Sequence record: BK067788.1
Strand: one strand, 5' to 3'
DNA length: 32,443 bases
The position numbers and the translations under genes were made by a program. The first letter of the stretch is position 1. Every line of letters starts with the position of its first letter. Below, in pieces: positions 17,274 to 25,378 of the stretch. The notes beneath the pieces are model-generated. The model worked only from the letters and a program-made list of their open reading frames with translations, made no database searches and was not told the DNA's origin.

Positions 17274-17957
17274 GTGAAAGTCCTCAATCTCTATTCTGGC
17301 ATAGGTGGCAATCGGAAGTTATGGAAGGATGTAGAAGTTACAGCAGTAGAAATTAATCCAGAAGTGGCCTCTATCTATCAAGATCTTTATCCACAAGACA
17401 AAGTAATCGTTGGAGATGCACACCAATATCTATTAGAACACTTCAAGGAGTTTGACTACATTTGGTCTAGTCCTTCATGCCAAAGCCATTCTAAGTTTAG
17501 AAAGAATGTAGCATGTCAAGTTAGGAATGATAATCCAGGTGGGCGATATGCAAAGCCAGTTTATCCAGACTTGCATTTATACGAAGAAGTAATATTCTTA
17601 CAGCATTACTTCAAAGGAAAGTATTGTGTCGAGAATGTTGTGGCCTATTATGAACCGTTAATCAAGCCTCAATTAATACAGAGGCATTGGTTCTGGGCTA
17701 ACTACCATATTGAAGATAAACACTTTGAACGTGATAATATTGCTAGAGGTTCACAGAAAGAACATGAGAATAGAATAGGAGTTGACTTGTCAAAGTACAA
17801 GGTTAGTTCAAGGAAGAAAGGTCAGAGTAGAAGTGAAGTATTAGAGAAGGACCAGATACTTCGTAATTGTGTAGATCCTTTATTGGGCTTGCATGTCTTT
17901 GAATCCTCGTTTACAAAACAAGTTATCTTATCAACGCTTGGGTTTGAAAGTCCATGA
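17274..17957 (+). CDS. Short C5-cytosine DNA methyltransferase-like protein
   Basis: LNLYSGIGG (motif I), AVEI (II), GDA (III), SSPSCQ (IV), VENV (VI), QRH (VIII). Confidence 0.8.
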   Translation: MKVLNLYSGIGGNRKLWKDVEVTAVEINPEVASIYQDLYPQDKVIVGDAHQYLLEHFKEFDYIWSSPSCQSHSKFRKNVACQVRNDNPGGRYAKPVYPDLHLYEEVIFLQHYFKGKYCVENVVAYYEPLIKPQLIQRHWFWANYHIEDKHFERDNIARGSQKEHENRIGVDLSKYKVSSRKKGQSRSEVLEKDQILRNCVDPLLGLHVFESSFTKQVILSTLGFESP

Positions 17958-18211
17958 GTGAATACCCACAGACTAGAAAACAGAAAATATCTTATTGGTG
18001 GTTTTGCAATAACGCATTAATCTTAATGATCATAACTTCGGTTCTTATGGTCTATGATGTGTTTCCTGTCTTAACATCAATATTTACATTGGATTTTATT
18101 TTCAATCCTAATCATATCGTTCATAACGTGTGGCATTGGTACATAACAATTCCTTTAGGTATTGCATGGATGTTTTTCTTTATGAGATGGTTAGGTCCAT
18201 CACCTTTCTAA
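17954..18211 (+). CDS. Two-TM membrane protein, last gene of the rightward operon
   Basis: Two hydrophobic helices. Confidence 0.65.
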   Translation: MSEYPQTRKQKISYWWFCNNALILMIITSVLMVYDVFPVLTSIFTLDFIFNPNHIVHNVWHWYITIPLGIAWMFFFMRWLGPSPF

Positions 18212-18237
18212 GTCTCGATTACATTTGATTCTTCTTG

Positions 18238-18672
18238 TTATGAAGGATAATCTATTTCAGGATGCATTATCTTAAGGTCTGCCGTATGCTCAAAGCCTAG
18301 AAAATGTCCTAGTTCATGTTCTAACACTTGTTCTGTAAATCTATATTGAGAATCATGTACGATACAATATGTGTATATGTTAATAACATGACTAGTTTTG
18401 TTAAAGCTTCCCATGATATCACCATTGCATATATTATTTAATGTTATAATAACTTCGGGATTGATTTTTGAATATTTTAAATGATAGCCGTAATTTTCCC
18501 AATAATTTGCAGAGGTTTTTATCAATGTCATGTTTGTTAGTTTATTTGGTGTTACATAATAGGTATGTATGCCAGTTGGATAATCCTTTAGACTGGAAGC
18601 GTTTACAGAAAATGAATGGTATGGAAGTAATATAATAGAAAATAAAAATAAAAATAATAGAATCTTATTCAT
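18238..18672 (-). CDS. Secreted metzincin (matrixin/M10-like) zinc metalloprotease
   Basis: Signal peptide; HELGHFLGFEH = HExxHxxGxxH; Met-turn KIMHP. Confidence 0.85.
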   Translation of the reverse strand: MNKILLFLFLFSIILLPYHSFSVNASSLKDYPTGIHTYYVTPNKLTNMTLIKTSANYWENYGYHLKYSKINPEVIITLNNICNGDIMGSFNKTSHVINIYTYCIVHDSQYRFTEQVLEHELGHFLGFEHTADLKIMHPEIDYPS

Positions 18673-18673
18673 T

Positions 18674-20407
18674 TTAGCTTATTTGTTTTATAATTCCATC
18701 TATATTATAGGTAATTGCAGTATATGTTCCGGCTGGATCTGTTCCTATTGATATAGTTGTTCCGGCTTTAGCTCTTATTGATAAAGACTGTCCATCCCCA
18801 ATAGGTCCGTTAGTATTTGTGAATGTATTTTGTATAGCTGCGGTAGGAGTACTAAAAGGCATTTTAACAGTTCTTGCTACTGATGTATCATCTGTATAGT
18901 TCATTAAAATACTAAATGAATATGTAGTCGATGTTGTTGCATGAATATTAAATGATACTTCAAAATCTCCGTCACTGGGACCAACTGTATAACTTGTTAC
19001 TGTTCCACTAGCTCCTGTTAGTCCTGTTAATCTTCCTGATCCGTATATTGCGGGTATTCCCCATCCCTTAGTATTGATTGAATTATATTGCGTTATTTTT
19101 GTCTTGAATAAAGTATCTACATAATTGGTAATACTAGTTTGTGCCATCTGCATTACTTGTATTAGATTTAAAGACCCACCTTTAGCAGTTCCAGTATTAC
19201 CATCAGATATATCAAATTCAATACCCTGAGTTAATGATGAGCCTCCTTGCATTTGAATATGTGAACCACCCCCTCCTTGGCGTGATTTCCAACCTGATGA
19301 ATAATACAGATTTTGGTCAACATCAGTGTAAAAGCTTGGGGGTGAACCGATTGCAAAAAAATCTAAAATATTAAATGGTAAACCGTCAGTGTTTGTACTT
19401 GTTCCTAAGTTTGCTTGATTAATATTATTTATATTGTTATTATTTACATTAATATTTGAACCTGACATGGTTATTCCACCACTGAATGTTTTTCCACCTG
19501 TTGCAGTTTGTGTTCCGTTTAACTCCATAACTCCGGCTGCATCTATTCCAACTTTGATGTTATTGGTGCTGTTTGTTATTGTAGTATAGCTTGGCTGTCT
19601 GATTACAGATATTGACGGTCCTGTCTGACTGTTAACGGAAGTGATTGCGGATAAGATACCAGTATTTGAGATGGTTCTAGAATTACCTGAACCTGATATG
19701 CCTATGCCTGAACCAGCTACCAGAGTATCTAAAACCTGTTTACCATTCTGAAAGAATCTGGTTCCATTCACATCTGCTAATCCGGTAAAATTCTTATTTC
19801 CTCCGGCTGCATTACCACCTAAAGTTAGTGCGTTTAGTGTAAGACCTTTAGTTATAGTCTGAGTTGATCCACCAGTAACTACAACATTATAAGCCGTATT
19901 GACTGTTATGGTATTTCCTCCGGTATTTGTACATGTAGTATTACCAGAGACACAGGCAATAGTCAGGGCACCTGTCAAGGCATTAAGTGAAGATACTCCG
20001 CTGGATGTTCCTGTCGCTGATACAGTTACGTTAATCTGGTTTCCTGAACCTGAATTTTTTAGATTCACTGTGGCACCTGTTCCGTTTATGAAATTGATCT
20101 TGTAACCGCCAGAGTTTATGTTTACGTTATTGGCCTGAGTTGTGTTATAGGTTCCAGAAGCTTGTGATATGCTGGAAGATATTTGTAGAGTGTGGGTAGC
20201 ATTGTTTGATTTTACTTGGATGCCTGATCCTCCTGATACAGTTAGTGGCATTGAAAAGTTAACTGCGGATATTGTACCGTTGTCAGAATGGATCTTATCA
20301 AAGGCGTTTGTAGGAGGCACGTTCATGTATGGTCCTTCATCTGCAAATGTTGTATTAGGAATTATCAGGATTGATATAAACAGTATAGATAAGATAATCT
20401 TCTTCAA
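18674..20407 (-). CDS. Fibre/adhesin-like virion glycoprotein, 577 aa
   Basis: Signal peptide (TTFA); G/S/T/N-rich beta repeats; VSSLNALTGALTI and ITSVNSQTGPSI tail-fibre-like motifs; many sequons. Confidence 0.7.
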   Translation of the reverse strand: MKKIILSILFISILIIPNTTFADEGPYMNVPPTNAFDKIHSDNGTISAVNFSMPLTVSGGSGIQVKSNNATHTLQISSSISQASGTYNTTQANNVNINSGGYKINFINGTGATVNLKNSGSGNQINVTVSATGTSSGVSSLNALTGALTIACVSGNTTCTNTGGNTITVNTAYNVVVTGGSTQTITKGLTLNALTLGGNAAGGNKNFTGLADVNGTRFFQNGKQVLDTLVAGSGIGISGSGNSRTISNTGILSAITSVNSQTGPSISVIRQPSYTTITNSTNNIKVGIDAAGVMELNGTQTATGGKTFSGGITMSGSNINVNNNNINNINQANLGTSTNTDGLPFNILDFFAIGSPPSFYTDVDQNLYYSSGWKSRQGGGGSHIQMQGGSSLTQGIEFDISDGNTGTAKGGSLNLIQVMQMAQTSITNYVDTLFKTKITQYNSINTKGWGIPAIYGSGRLTGLTGASGTVTSYTVGPSDGDFEVSFNIHATTSTTYSFSILMNYTDDTSVARTVKMPFSTPTAAIQNTFTNTNGPIGDGQSLSIRAKAGTTISIGTDPAGTYTAITYNIDGIIKQIS

Positions 20408-20431
20408 TGTATATTTTTCAAAGTCAATAGG

Positions 20432-20447
20432 TTTTAAAGTTTACTTG
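20432..20447 (-). promoter_or_regulatory. Putative promoter CAAGTAAACTTTAAAA (copy 1)
   Basis: TATA-like CTTTAAAA about 25-32 nt upstream of TTG 20407; exact 16-nt copy at 26851..26866. Confidence 0.5.
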
Positions 20448-20449
20448 TA

Positions 20450-20857
20450 TTATAGTTCACTTTCTTCTGATACTCCCTGTCTTGCAGGCTTGGTAAGTAA
20501 GAACATTATTTGCTGGAATATATAGAAAGATAGTATGATAAATAACATTCCATGAAAAGGAATCCATACATTGTTTGCCAAGACAATTTGATTAGTCTGC
20601 GTTGTAGCTTCAGTCCAAACTTGAGTTGTGTTTACTGATCTTGTGATACTATTTGTTGCTATTGTAGATACATCAATATGTATTCCAGAACTTGCCAATA
20701 TACCACATGCTATTACAGAAGGTATTAGAAATATTGCCCTGACTAATGCAAGTGAACGGGTAATAGGAACTTCTTTTATCACTGAAACAATGAGAACCAG
20801 AACGCCTGCATATCCTATCAGCCCGTATGTAATGAACTCGGCAATCGATATATCCAT
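20450..20857 (-). CDS. Three-TM structural-module membrane protein
   Basis: Three hydrophobic helices; N-x-S/T loop. Confidence 0.75.
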   Translation of the reverse strand: MDISIAEFITYGLIGYAGVLVLIVSVIKEVPITRSLALVRAIFLIPSVIACGILASSGIHIDVSTIATNSITRSVNTTQVWTEATTQTNQIVLANNVWIPFHGMLFIILSFYIFQQIMFLLTKPARQGVSEESEL

Positions 20858-20860
20858 ATT

Positions 20861-21277
20861 CTAAATACCTCGTAAGATTGCTATAACAGTTCTGATTAAT
20901 AGAAAAGTATACAGACCAATGAATCCCATTACAAATATCGTTGGCACTCCAAAGTCAACCATTACTGCAAATATGTAAAATCCAGTTGTAAGCAAGATAA
21001 GGTTCCAAGCTATGTTTGCAGCATATCCTAGATATGTAATAGGATCGCTTGCCTTGTTTCGACATTGATCAGTTGTACATGTAGAATTCACCTGGACTTG
21101 ATTTAATGTATTGGTATGAATTGCAGTTATCAATCCGTTCTTTACTGGCACTCCTTGAAAGTTTGTCATTGGAGTATGGAATACATCTGATAAGACAAAT
21201 TGTACTCCTAGCATTGAAAAGGAAACTGCATAGACGAACATTACGGCAATTGTTGATTTTTCTTGTAGGAATGCCAT
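20861..21277 (-). CDS. Multi-TM structural-module membrane protein
   Basis: N-terminal and C-terminal hydrophobic helices, Cys pair in the loop. Confidence 0.75.
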   Translation of the reverse strand: MAFLQEKSTIAVMFVYAVSFSMLGVQFVLSDVFHTPMTNFQGVPVKNGLITAIHTNTLNQVQVNSTCTTDQCRNKASDPITYLGYAANIAWNLILLTTGFYIFAVMVDFGVPTIFVMGFIGLYTFLLIRTVIAILRGI

Positions 21278-21280
21278 TAC

Positions 21281-22701
21281 TCAAAAACCGCCACTCTTGC
21301 GTGTTGAGAGGATAGCTATTAACACACCTATCGTTACAGCACCTGCTATAAAAGTAGGAAGTGCAATGAATCCAAAGAAGGCACAAGCTCCTATTATCGC
21401 TACGGAAAATATTACTCCTACTGTTTCGTTTACTCTATTAAACCCGATCATGGATATTATTATGATACCAATGGTAACAAAATCTAATATGCCTATCTGT
21501 CCATGAGTTCCATATGTTCCGTTTCTAAGATTCTGAACCTGTTGCTGGAATGGAAACGTACTTTGAGTCAATACATATTTTGCATTAGAACCTGTCAAGG
21601 AATCTGTACAAAGAACATTGACTATCTCGTTATTGAGGTTATGAAACTTGAAAGAACTGTTTGAATTTGATATATCAAAAGGAACTGAAGGCAATGGCGG
21701 TCCATATGTATTATTTGTCATGGCAAATGTATAATTCATGTTACATTCCATGCTCATGATATTTGGATATATTACTGAAAGCCTTGTGTCTGTTGTATTT
21801 AGATCAGTTCTTACAAAGTAAATAGGAACCACATTATTGTTTGTAAAGTTAAAGTTTAGGTTTCCTGTCACGAAACTTCCATAATCCAATACAACATGGT
21901 TTGTCGTTACAAGACTAATTCCTGTTGATGTCTGTAATATTGCCTGTTCGTAATAAGTCTGTATTCCTGTTGGCTGTGAATTATCCTGTAATGATACTGG
22001 TATGCTGGTTTGTATTCCGGCTGTTAACTGGACTGGATTGCTGGTAAGATCCTGAAACGATACTAGATTGCCGTTTGTGTTCCATAGTAACAATGCCGTA
22101 ACGTTTGCAGTTGCCGGAGTTGCTAGCTTGATACTTGGATCATTAAAGATGCCATTGTTTGCCAAGACATAACCTGTAACATTAAAGTTTGATGTAGTTA
22201 TGGTTCCACCACCCCATGATAGAAACATGTCAAGATGAGATCCTACATTTATAGTAGTACAGACCAATCCATTACAAGTTCCATAATTCCAAGTAGAACC
22301 AAATGGTTGATCTGTTCCATCTAGCTTTACCTGTTGCAACTGTCCAAGTACGGTCATGGTTACTCCACCAGTTCCCAAGTCAGTAATATGAGCAGTAAAA
22401 TTATCACCTTCATTGAACCCTGTTATGTTTGCATTTATCTGGTGTCCAGACCAAGCAAGATCATAATATGGACTACCCAAAAATATATCAGTAGAATTTG
22501 CTATAATACTTGTGACATTAAAGTTTGGTGAAACATCTGCGGTATAATTTACGTTTCCGTTTCCAATAGTGGTTCCAGGGTATACGGTTACAGCATATGC
22601 ATTTTGTGATATGAAAAGACTAACTATGATACCAGTCAGTAGAAAAAAAAAAATCTTTGCTTGTTCAACAAGGAATGTCTTATGGTATCTTTATTAAACA
22701 T
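21281..22701 (-). CDS. Large membrane-anchored virion glycoprotein (~473 aa), interrupted by a 1-nt frameshift in a T11 run
   Basis: ATG 22701 frame (MFNKDTIRHSLLNKQRFFFFY*) and downstream frame (LLTGIIVSLFISQNAYA-VTVYPG...) join into one signal peptide with 12 or 9 T; beta-rich ectodomain with sequons; C-terminal TM helices. Confidence 0.7.
22643..22653 (-). repeat. Homopolymer A11 (+) / T11 (coding strand)
   Basis: Read directly: ag-aaaaaaaaaaa-tc. Confidence 0.9.
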
Positions 22702-22707
22702 TTATGG

Positions 22708-22977
22708 CTAGTCCTGGCCCTTCACGCTCGCAGTCATAAGGACCTTTATGATCAATATGAAAAGTCCTATGGTAGGTATCAATGGAACTAGGAACTGTGT
22801 CGTACTAAGGTTTTGATTATAGATAGCCTGCCAATCAGAAGACAAGGGTGCCGTCTGGTTGTATGCTGCCAATGTAGTAAAGAAGTGGCCTAGAATACTT
22901 GGAACGATAAGAAACATTATACCATATACTATGATAAACATGATTACAGAGAATGCAAGAAAAACTAATGATGACAT
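22708..22977 (-). CDS. Putative minor capsid protein (VP3-like helical hairpin)
   Basis: Two hydrophobic helices joined by an N-x-T/S-bearing loop; LVPLIPTIGLFILII resembles helix 2 of spindle-virus capsid proteins. Confidence 0.6.
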   Translation of the reverse strand: MSSLVFLAFSVIMFIIVYGIMFLIVPSILGHFFTTLAAYNQTAPLSSDWQAIYNQNLSTTQFLVPLIPTIGLFILIIKVLMTASVKGQD

Positions 22978-23091
22978 TTACTTTTTACCTCCCATATCTT
23001 CAAAGTCTGATCTGTGATGCAGTTTCTTGGTTTTCTTAAGAATCTCTCCGGCTATTCCAACTTCGATAGCAAGACCAATCAGGCCACTCAT
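22978..23091 (-). CDS. 37-aa micro-protein (MSGLIGLAIEVGIAGEILKKTKK...)
   Basis: Manual translation; stop abuts ATG 22977. Confidence 0.55.
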   Translation of the reverse strand: MSGLIGLAIEVGIAGEILKKTKKLHHRSDFEDMGGKK

Positions 23092-23207
23092 AGGGAAAAA
23101 TCCTTCTTGCCTTTCTTGTATTTTTTAGAAGCTTTCTCTACGTCTTTTAATTGGGATAAATACACGCTTTGAATGGTATGTATTTAAAGATAAAGTTTTG
23201 GGTTTGT

Positions 23208-23810
23208 TTACTGTTTATGTGGGCATATTCCTTTATTAATCTGTCTTGCACAATTACAATTCCAACAGAGAGTTTGATATCCTTCGGGATAATTCTGCTT
23301 TTTTAACAAAGCCCATAATCTAACACCTGATTTTTTATTTGGATTTCTTCCTCTATCATTTTCTTCTCTTCCATTAATATGATCGAGAGTTAGAAATGCT
23401 ATTCCTTCTTGTTTACAACAAATACATTGTAATTTTCCATTCCCATAATGAGTTAAAACTTCAATCTTTATTTCAACTTTATATATTTGAAAACGTTGTT
23501 TTTGTTTAATAATATATCTATCTCTATTTTTGTGCCATCTTTCCCTATTTTTTTGTTGCAATACCTCTTTATTTTGCTGATAATAGTCTTTATCATAATT
23601 TGGTTTGCTTTTCTTCCATGTTGATTTATAATCTTTCCACGATTGAGTTTTGTTTTTTATTCTTTGTCTTTCTGCTCTGCACTTTTTACATGCTCGTTTA
23701 CCAATTGATAATTCATATTGTAATAAATTATCTTCATTTAATTCATGACCATTCTTACAATGAGTTTTCTTTTTGTTTTCATTAGGAAGTGAGATTTTAT
23801 TTTCATCCAT
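23208..23810 (-). CDS. HNH endonuclease with an N-terminal THCKxGH Zn module
   Basis: KTHCKNGH...RACKKC; CICC...LTLDHING...LCWNCN. Confidence 0.8.
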   Translation of the reverse strand: MDENKISLPNENKKKTHCKNGHELNEDNLLQYELSIGKRACKKCRAERQRIKNKTQSWKDYKSTWKKSKPNYDKDYYQQNKEVLQQKNRERWHKNRDRYIIKQKQRFQIYKVEIKIEVLTHYGNGKLQCICCKQEGIAFLTLDHINGREENDRGRNPNKKSGVRLWALLKKQNYPEGYQTLCWNCNCARQINKGICPHKQ

Positions 23811-23880
23811 ATATCACAATTAATATTACTTTATTTAAACATTGTTGTGATACTAATTGCTACATATCTAACTTTAAATA

Positions 23881-23896
23881 CAAGAAAAAAGAAAGG
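23881..23896 (-). terminator. U-rich archaeal terminator after the major capsid gene
   Basis: Minus strand CCTTTCTTTTTTCTTG about 20 nt after the stop. Confidence 0.6.
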
Positions 23897-23915
23897 AATG
23901 TCGTTGTAATACTAA

Positions 23916-24227
23916 TCAGAGTAATCTTACAACAAACAATATGGCTACGGCAGCTATCACAATGAGAATTACTCCCAATAATGTGTATGCAGACTGTGAA
24001 CTTGTGTTCTGGTTAAGACATTGTAGTGCCCAGCCTGAATACTTGCCGTCTGTGTTAGTCAGTGACCAACCAGTAGAGACGGTTGTTCCAGTGCTGTTAA
24101 AACCAGGCAGAGAGTTACAGTTTGTTCCTGTTTGCACGTTGCCAAGTATTTGGACTCCTATGGATAGCATGATAGCGATTGCGATGAATGCTCCAACTAA
24201 CCCCATAATTGTCGAACTTTCGGCCAT
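23916..24227 (-). CDS. Putative major capsid protein, spindle-shaped virus type
   Basis: N- and C-terminal hydrophobic helices (IMGLVGAFIAIAIMLSIGVQIL; AYTLLGVILIVIAAVAILFVVRLL), polar loop with NST/NTS sequons; own strong promoter and terminator. Confidence 0.8.
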   Translation of the reverse strand: MAESSTIMGLVGAFIAIAIMLSIGVQILGNVQTGTNCNSLPGFNSTGTTVSTGWSLTNTDGKYSGWALQCLNQNTSSQSAYTLLGVILIVIAAVAILFVVRLL

Positions 24228-24247
24228 GCGTGGATTTTGATTTTTTA

Positions 24248-24260
24248 ATATATAAGCCCG
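24248..24260 (-). promoter_or_regulatory. Strong TATA promoter of the major capsid gene
   Basis: Minus strand CGGGC-TTATATAT, 21-28 nt upstream of ATG 24227. Confidence 0.7.
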
Positions 24261-24300
24261 TGTCGTTTAGTCGGACAAGTATTTATTAACTAATGATTCA

Positions 24301-24786
24301 TTATTTAATATCTCGTTTTTTGCATACATTGTTTCTCCATCTCCATTGATTATGAACCAAATTTCTATGATCTTTAACTTCTCTAGTAGCATTTTTTCTT
24401 CGTATGCTCTGACTTTGATTTTTACATTTAAGACAACGTCTATGACCTTTTGTTAAGGCATATTTTTCTAGATTATCACCTGATAATTCATGACCTCGTT
24501 TACAATGAGTCTTCTTTGCGTTTTGAGCAGCTAAACCATTTCCACGTAATGTATTCTCCTGTTGCGTTACAGCTTCTAAATGCTCAGGATTGAAACAATT
24601 TCTTTCACTACAAAGATGATCTATAACCAATCCTTTAGGAATTTGACCTTTGAATAATTCAAACATTAATCTGTGAACATTAACAACTGCATATCCATAA
24701 CGGTCTATTCTTCCAGTCCACTTCCAACAATTACCTTCTTGTTTAAAATACTCTAATTGCTTTACTATCTTCTCTAACTCTTTCAT
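24301..24786 (-). CDS. HNH homing-type endonuclease (HNH_3-like) with a C-terminal THCKRGH module
   Basis: CWKWTG...GY...VHR...IDHLC...CFNPEHLEAVTQQEN; KTHCKRGH...RRCLKC. Confidence 0.85.
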   Translation of the reverse strand: MKELEKIVKQLEYFKQEGNCWKWTGRIDRYGYAVVNVHRLMFELFKGQIPKGLVIDHLCSERNCFNPEHLEAVTQQENTLRGNGLAAQNAKKTHCKRGHELSGDNLEKYALTKGHRRCLKCKNQSQSIRRKNATREVKDHRNLVHNQWRWRNNVCKKRDIK

Positions 24787-24817
24787 AAAAATTTCAGAAA
24801 ATACTAATTAAAATACT

Positions 24818-25198
24818 TTATTGTTCCGCTGTTTGCGATACCTTAATATACCATATCAAAATTCCAAATCCTAATCCTACCATTACAAAGGCAAAGTTGA
24901 GAAATGGAACCGGAAATACGAAGTACGATAATGGCAGCAAGAATATTCCTATGACAATTGGATAAACCATTTTATGATATTTGATATAACTGAACATGAC
25001 AAAGATAGCAACTAGGATCATGGAGAAATTTCCTCCTGTTATCCATTGCCAGCCAATCAAGGAACCGGTTAGAAAGTCTTTACCTAGACCGCAAGCTTGC
25101 CAGGTGTTTGAGGCTGTGTAATTGAGAAAGCACGGAGTCGTGGAGTTTACTATGATTGTTTGTAGTGTTACTAAATGTAACAGCAAATAATCAAGCAT
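24818..25198 (-). CDS. Multi-TM structural-module membrane protein
   Basis: About three hydrophobic helices; N-terminal Cys pair and sequons. Confidence 0.75.
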   Translation of the reverse strand: MLDYLLLHLVTLQTIIVNSTTPCFLNYTASNTWQACGLGKDFLTGSLIGWQWITGGNFSMILVAIFVMFSYIKYHKMVYPIVIGIFLLPLSYFVFPVPFLNFAFVMVGLGFGILIWYIKVSQTAEQ

Positions 25199-25234
25199 GA
25201 TATTATTTAACTTCCTTTTTCTTATCTTTTTGTC

Positions 25235-25378
25235 TTAGAATCGTGATTTCCAGTCCTTCCTATGGGATCGGTCCTCTTGTTTCTTTTGTCGATTTTTATA
25301 ATATCTTCTGCCGTATACAATCATGAAAATTCCTATTACGGCACTTGCATAAATTATCTGAGCTGTATTGAATATCAT
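25235..25378 (-). CDS. 47-aa single-TM micro-protein with a basic tail
   Basis: Manual translation MIFNTAQIIYASAVIGIFMIVYGRRYYKNRQKK...; ATGA coupling. Confidence 0.6.
   Translation of the reverse strand: MIFNTAQIIYASAVIGIFMIVYGRRYYKNRQKKQEDRSHRKDWKSRF

Noticed and set aside
22708-24227. Interpreting the hairpin proteins as type IV pilins or archaellins
   Set aside because: There is no class III signal-peptide cleavage motif, and both have a second C-terminal hydrophobic helix, which fits spindle-virus capsid proteins better.
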